Below are positions 59,119 to 64,000 of a DNA stretch of 64,000 nucleotides, piece after piece. Numbering within the stretch: position 1 is the first letter of the stretch; each line of letters opens with the position of its first letter. The stretch lies in the NCBI GenBank assembly GCA_030704615.1, contig CM060731.1, positions 49,538,001 to 49,602,000 on the forward strand, read 5' to 3'. The notes under the pieces were generated by a model. The model was not told the origin of the DNA. It did no database searches and was given only the letters and a program-made list of their open reading frames with translations. The position numbers and the translations under genes were made by a program. Origin of the DNA: Takakia lepidozioides. Taxonomy: Eukaryota; Plantae; Bryophyta.

Positions 59119-62100
59119 TTACTGTTTCCGAGTAGCAAACCTTTGTGAGTGAGCACCCTGTTGACGTTGAGAGTTTCGTGGCGGACGGTGTGTACGAGCC
59201 CGAGGTCTGTCTCTGGTTGACGGAGATGGTTGATCACTACCTGGATAAGTGAGGCCCTCTGGAGGCTGATATCGAGGTAACCTTTCCGGCATAGGAGACC
59301 CCCGTCGCTTCTTTTCTGCCATCTGAATTGCATAGTCTTCTCCCATGTCAAAAGAATTCTGTGAAGAAACAGTTGTATCAGAATCCTCATCACCTCTCAG
59401 ATGTTTTAATTTTTGAACCTTTTGTGGAATCATCTGGGGCATACAATGCTGTCCTACCATGTCTGGAAGTTTGCATTTTACAACTTGGTGTAACCGCTGA
59501 ACAGCAAAATTGGTGTAGACACTGAGCTCCTTGTCTGTCCAGGTGAGTGGGGTACCAATTACTAGTGCAGCGTGCAAGTACTTCCATGCCACATGTCCCT
59601 TATAGAAAATGTCATCAAGTCCGAATTTCTGTGTTGACAAATGGTTGCAGGCTGCTTGAAACCATGAACGAATTTGAGAATCCTTTTGCATCATAACTTT
59701 TGGGTCATATAGGTACATATGAGGTAGCACTGAAGGTAATACCCAATGATCTCCACTGGAATAACTTTGAAAGCGTGTTTGCATCTTTTGTTGCTCAATG
59801 TGGTAACGTACCAGAAAACAAGCAGCGTAGTATAGCCCGCACCCCATGACAATACTTGCTATCTCCTTGGTCTTGGTATAAATGAGTCCATGTACAACCT
59901 GGAAAGCAACCAATTCCCTCAACATGGTACCTGCCTCGTGCCAGTATTGTGCAAAGTGATGATCTTCAATATGTCGATTGTTTGGAAGAACTTTAGTCCT
60001 AGTTGCCACTGGCAGCCAAATACGCATGATTTGGTAGTAATGTGCAAATGACTGCGGAGGACTAAATTCTTTCCAAGCCAAATCCAACATGATGGGAATT
60101 TGGTTGAAGGGCATAAGCATAGCCCTGCTGTACTCCCTTGCTGCTGGAGTTTTAGGTGGGTTAAAAGTGGCATTGCCCCATACCTCCGGCTGTGGTGGCT
60201 GTGGTGTGGTTGTAGTAACCACAGGTTCAGCTACTGGTACACTGACCTGTTGTGGTGGTGGTGGTACTGGCTCCTGTATCATTGGCATCTCCTGCACCTC
60301 CTGTGAAGACTGAAAAGCCAGAGTTCTGGCTTGTAAATAAGAAGCCATTAGCTGTTCCTGAGGGATATAGACTCTTTGGTCGATGTTTGAAGTGAGGTCT
60401 TCCACTTGAGTCTGGAGTCCGTCTACATCCTCTTGTAACTCTGCTATCCTACTATAGACATTGTCTATAGTAGTTGTGGCAATGTTCTGCACCTGCAGTC
60501 TGAGCTCATTCATCTCGCTTTGGGTGAGCTTCCGTGGGCTTTTGCCCTCTGCTGGCCCTTGTGCTAACCAGACCTGCATAAGGCTGTTATCCACCAAGCT
60601 GCTTGTGGTTCCCCTGAGAGTTTGCTCTTCTCTTAGCTTGTACAATTCCAACTGCTGTTGTAAAGCCTCCATGCGCTTCGCCTGTGGCTCAACCAATTGC
60701 GCATAGGCAGCAAGTAGATTATTGGCTTCCTTCCAAGCCTTGTTACTGACCGCGATTTCATTTCTATTGGCCACGATGATTTGTTGCAACTCCACGATGT
60801 GTTTCTCTTGATCAGCTTCTATCTGCCTGTATTGCTTGAAAGTATCTTCATTGCGACAGATTGTATTCTTCATATCGACAATGAGCTTCATTTGCTCAAC
60901 ATTCTCTTCTTCTGCCTTCGTACATTTTTCCGCTTGACTGTTTATTTCTTTTGTTGATTGGTCAAGCATAGTTGTAAATGTAGCACATTGTATCGCCATC
61001 CTGTTATGCACTGTCTGCAACTCCGTATGTAGTGCATTCAGTTCTTGCAACTTGCTTTCATGCTGCACCTGCATTTGGTATAGCTGTTGTTTATGTGCTT
61101 CGTGCAACTGGTCTTGCGCGAGGCCTGCCTCAATCAATTGTTGCTTGGCCAATTGCAAAGCCATTTCTGTATTGCCCAAGTCCTGCTTCATCTTGAGAGT
61201 GACTTCTTCATCGACCTTGTTTGCACACTCAGTGGCAAGTCGAGCCTCAAACTCCTTCCTGAGTTCCTCTTTCAAGGCTGTCAATTGGGTAATTGGAACA
61301 TGGGATTTGACATAAGTCCCCAACAAATTAAGTGTCCTGCCTATGGAACTCATCAGCATTGCCTGTTGAGGGTCATCATGGTGAGGTTGCTGCTGTTCCT
61401 CCTGATCTTCAACAGTATGATGTCTCACTAACCATTCAGGCCATTGTCCCACCGGATTTTCTTCTTGAACTACTTCATCTATCACCGGTGCTACAGTGTC
61501 ATGACCTTCCGCCTGTGGTACCAGTGTGTGTATTATATGCACCTCAGGATTTCCCTTGGGCAACTGTTGCACCTCTGGGATTTCTGTCTTCTTGACCAGA
61601 CCAGAATATTCATAGAGAAGGTCCCCTTTCTCTATTTCTGCCACTATCTGTTCTGTAGTTGGAATATCTATCCCTTCACTTTCCAAATCAATTATTTCGG
61701 GTTGAGCTGCATGGATAACTTGTGACCTTGTGACAAGTCGTTCAAGTGGCTGTGTTGGCTGTGATGCAGAAGTAACTTCCTCCTCCCTCTCTGAAGGTCC
61801 TGCTTCCAGTAATAGCATTTGTCTGTGCTGCTGTGCCCCTTCCTGGCCATGAGCTTGGGAAACATTATCATGCGGAATCCGTGAAGCCAGTGGATCCGCC
61901 ATTACAGTCTTTCCCCTTCTCTGCCTCTTAGTCTCGGGTTGTGCTGCTAGCCCACCCTCACTGTGTGAAGAGCCTTGCTCTTCCATTGCAGTTGTTTCTG
62001 GCTCAAACACTCCCATTTCCTTCCTTTCTTGTGCATTAAGTATGCCAGAATTCAGGATTATTTGAGCAATGATTGGGCCAGACACAATGATAGGAGACTT

Positions 62101-64000
62101 TGCGGTAGTACCTTGTAATCTTTTCATCTCCTCTACTAGTGCGTTGTACATTATGTCCGCCCATTGTACCTCTTGTCCCTTCAGGCCTTTGAGTATTTCC
62201 TCTGTGAAGGATCTACTCAAATATTGTTGGTTCTGCTTCAGGGCAATCAGAACGTTCAATACCTGGCCTATCTCTTTTAACCCTGGGTACACAGCTTTGG
62301 TACAAGCATAACCCTGAGTTTTAAAGAAACTCCCTTCTTGGAATAAGTCCCCTATTTGCAGTCTTGCCCTGTGTTCCTCCACATGCACCTGACCTGCTGG
62401 CAATCGAAACAATTGCTGGAGGTATAGGGGAGTAATCATTAATTCAACTCCCTTCACCGTTGTTGTTCCTGTCCTTGGCTCAAAGTTCTGCAAAAATTGT
62501 AACATGTACTGTCTATGGTGTAGTGTCCAATCCAGGCTTTGCAATCCTTCCAATCTCAACTCCTCCAGTATCTTTATCGCCTGTGGGGTAGCCATCGTTT
62601 ATTTCTGCAGAATTGTGGTGCTCTTCACCCTGATTTCCTCCATTCCTCTCACTCTCTTCATTTTAGACTCACAGAACTGCTTTGGCTGTAACAACTGCAG
62701 GAATGCCTGTAGTGCACAAAGCATAAACGTATGGTTGCCGCAGAAAGCTATGGGTAATTTCTTGTAAGCCTGCGGGGCTTGCAAGCATTGCTCAAGAGAA
62801 AAGCTCTGCTTTGTCTTTTCGTGTCTATGCCACTGCGTAAGTAATATTGCGAGCGTATAGTCTGTTAGTTCCTCCATAGTTTCCAAGTTATAGCATTTAT
62901 GGCCCGTCCTGTCGAGACGCCCGTTACTTAGAACGACGCCGCCTCTTGCGCTCAATTTCCCTCTATTTTCTTGATCCTTTCTCTGGTTTTCTATTGGCTG
63001 TATCTGCTGTGACTGGATTTTAAATTTTATCTTCTTTAGTGGACTTTCCCTCTTGGATAGTCCACTAGGATCACACATGTGACAAGAATTCGGCTTTTCT
63101 GTACTTGCCGTTCGTTCCGTTTCTCTTTTTCCGTACTCATTAATGGGCCTGGCTTTCATCCCTTTTGACGGCCGTTCTTGTCTTCTTTCTTTTTGACACC
63201 TGTCCTTGCACTTCATTGTCTGCTGTGTGTCGCGCCCTGACCTCCACGTGTCTATTTTTAAAGTAATTTCCGTTTCCTCTTCCGTCATCCATTTTCCTGA
63301 AGTTATTATGTGTCCACTTGTCACTGATTCTATGGATGGTATAACTTTAGTAGGCTGTGTTGAGCTGTGACAGGCTGTGTCATACTGTGTTACACTGTGA
63401 TAGGCTGTGATGCACTGTGGTAAGCTGTGATAGGCTGTGACACGCTGTGGTAGGTTGTTATAGGTTGTGTTGCGCCGTGCTGGGCTGTGATAGGCTGTGT
63501 TGCGCCTTGCTGGGCTGTGATAGGCTGTGTCACGTCGTGATGGGCTGTGATAGGCTGTGTCACGTCGTGATGGGCTGTGATAGGCTGTGTCACGTTTGTT
63601 TTGCCCACCCTGGTCGTATATGCTGGGCCTAGCAACAAGTGTTCCATACTCCGTTCGTAACACTGGTGCAGCCCGTGACTGTTCTTGCGGTTCTATATGC
63701 AAATCATGTTGCAGGGGTTTGTCATGGATACCACTGTACCCCTTCAACTTATTTGCATTGACTCTTCCCAGCATTTCTTTGTTAATGGTTTGTAACATGG
63801 CGGTGTTGTTATCATACATCTTTTGTATGACATAAGGTCCTTTCCATGGTGATTTAAGCTTAGAAGCTTGAATCTTTCCTTTCTTCTGCAACCATAGAAC
63901 CAAATCCCCCGTCTTAAAAGTCTTTATCTTGCCTTCATCAAACTGTTCCTTTCGCTTCATCTGAATTCTGGTCATATTATCAGCTGCATCAGCACGTACT
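59119..64000 (-). CDS. Integrase C-terminus plus ~1,500-aa extension; single in-frame stop at 62599-62601
   Basis: ORFs 62599-63975 (458 aa) and 59119-62595 (1158 aa) are in one frame; the TAA sits where copy 1 has CAA (Gln). Confidence 0.85.

Larger units (their letters stand above)
58093..64000 (-). mobile_element. 3' part of a second, diverged member of the 6481-19009 Gypsy family (extends beyond the window)
   Basis: 3' LTR 58093-59080, PPT 59084-59097, integrase C-terminus and extra domain collinear with 13260-18088. Confidence 0.95.

Overview
Repeat-rich nuclear DNA of a non-seed land plant, probably a bryophyte (inferred from the PLS/DYW PPR genes, intron style and ITS1 start). The window opens with decayed host-gene fragments (dienelactone-hydrolase exons, ARF exons, two PPR pseudogenes). 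A stack of transposons follows: a full-length Ty3/Gypsy element (6481-19009, TSD TTCCT) whose integrase frame runs on for about 1,500 extra codons, a second diverged copy (58093-64000, minus), other Gypsy remnants, CACTA pieces, a 500-N gap, and an 18S/ITS1 rDNA fragment interrupted by a tRNA-Met-primed LTR element. The best candidate for an undescribed system is a ~14.7-kb Mutator-like element (32032-46728, 9-10 bp TSD, short TIRs). It carries (i) a GCM-like/DDE/SWIM transposase, (ii) a divergent ~10-exon gene fusing a ParB/Srx-like domain (DGNHRLLA) to a beta-class N6-adenine/N4-cytosine DNA-methyltransferase-like domain, and (iii) about 45-50 copies of the palindrome GGAAATGCGG-YR-CCGCATTTCC, phased at 53 bp between the two genes and also placed in introns. 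This suggests a transposon-encoded ParB/parS-like self-recognition and DNA-modification module. All family calls come from motif recognition by eye; no searches were run.
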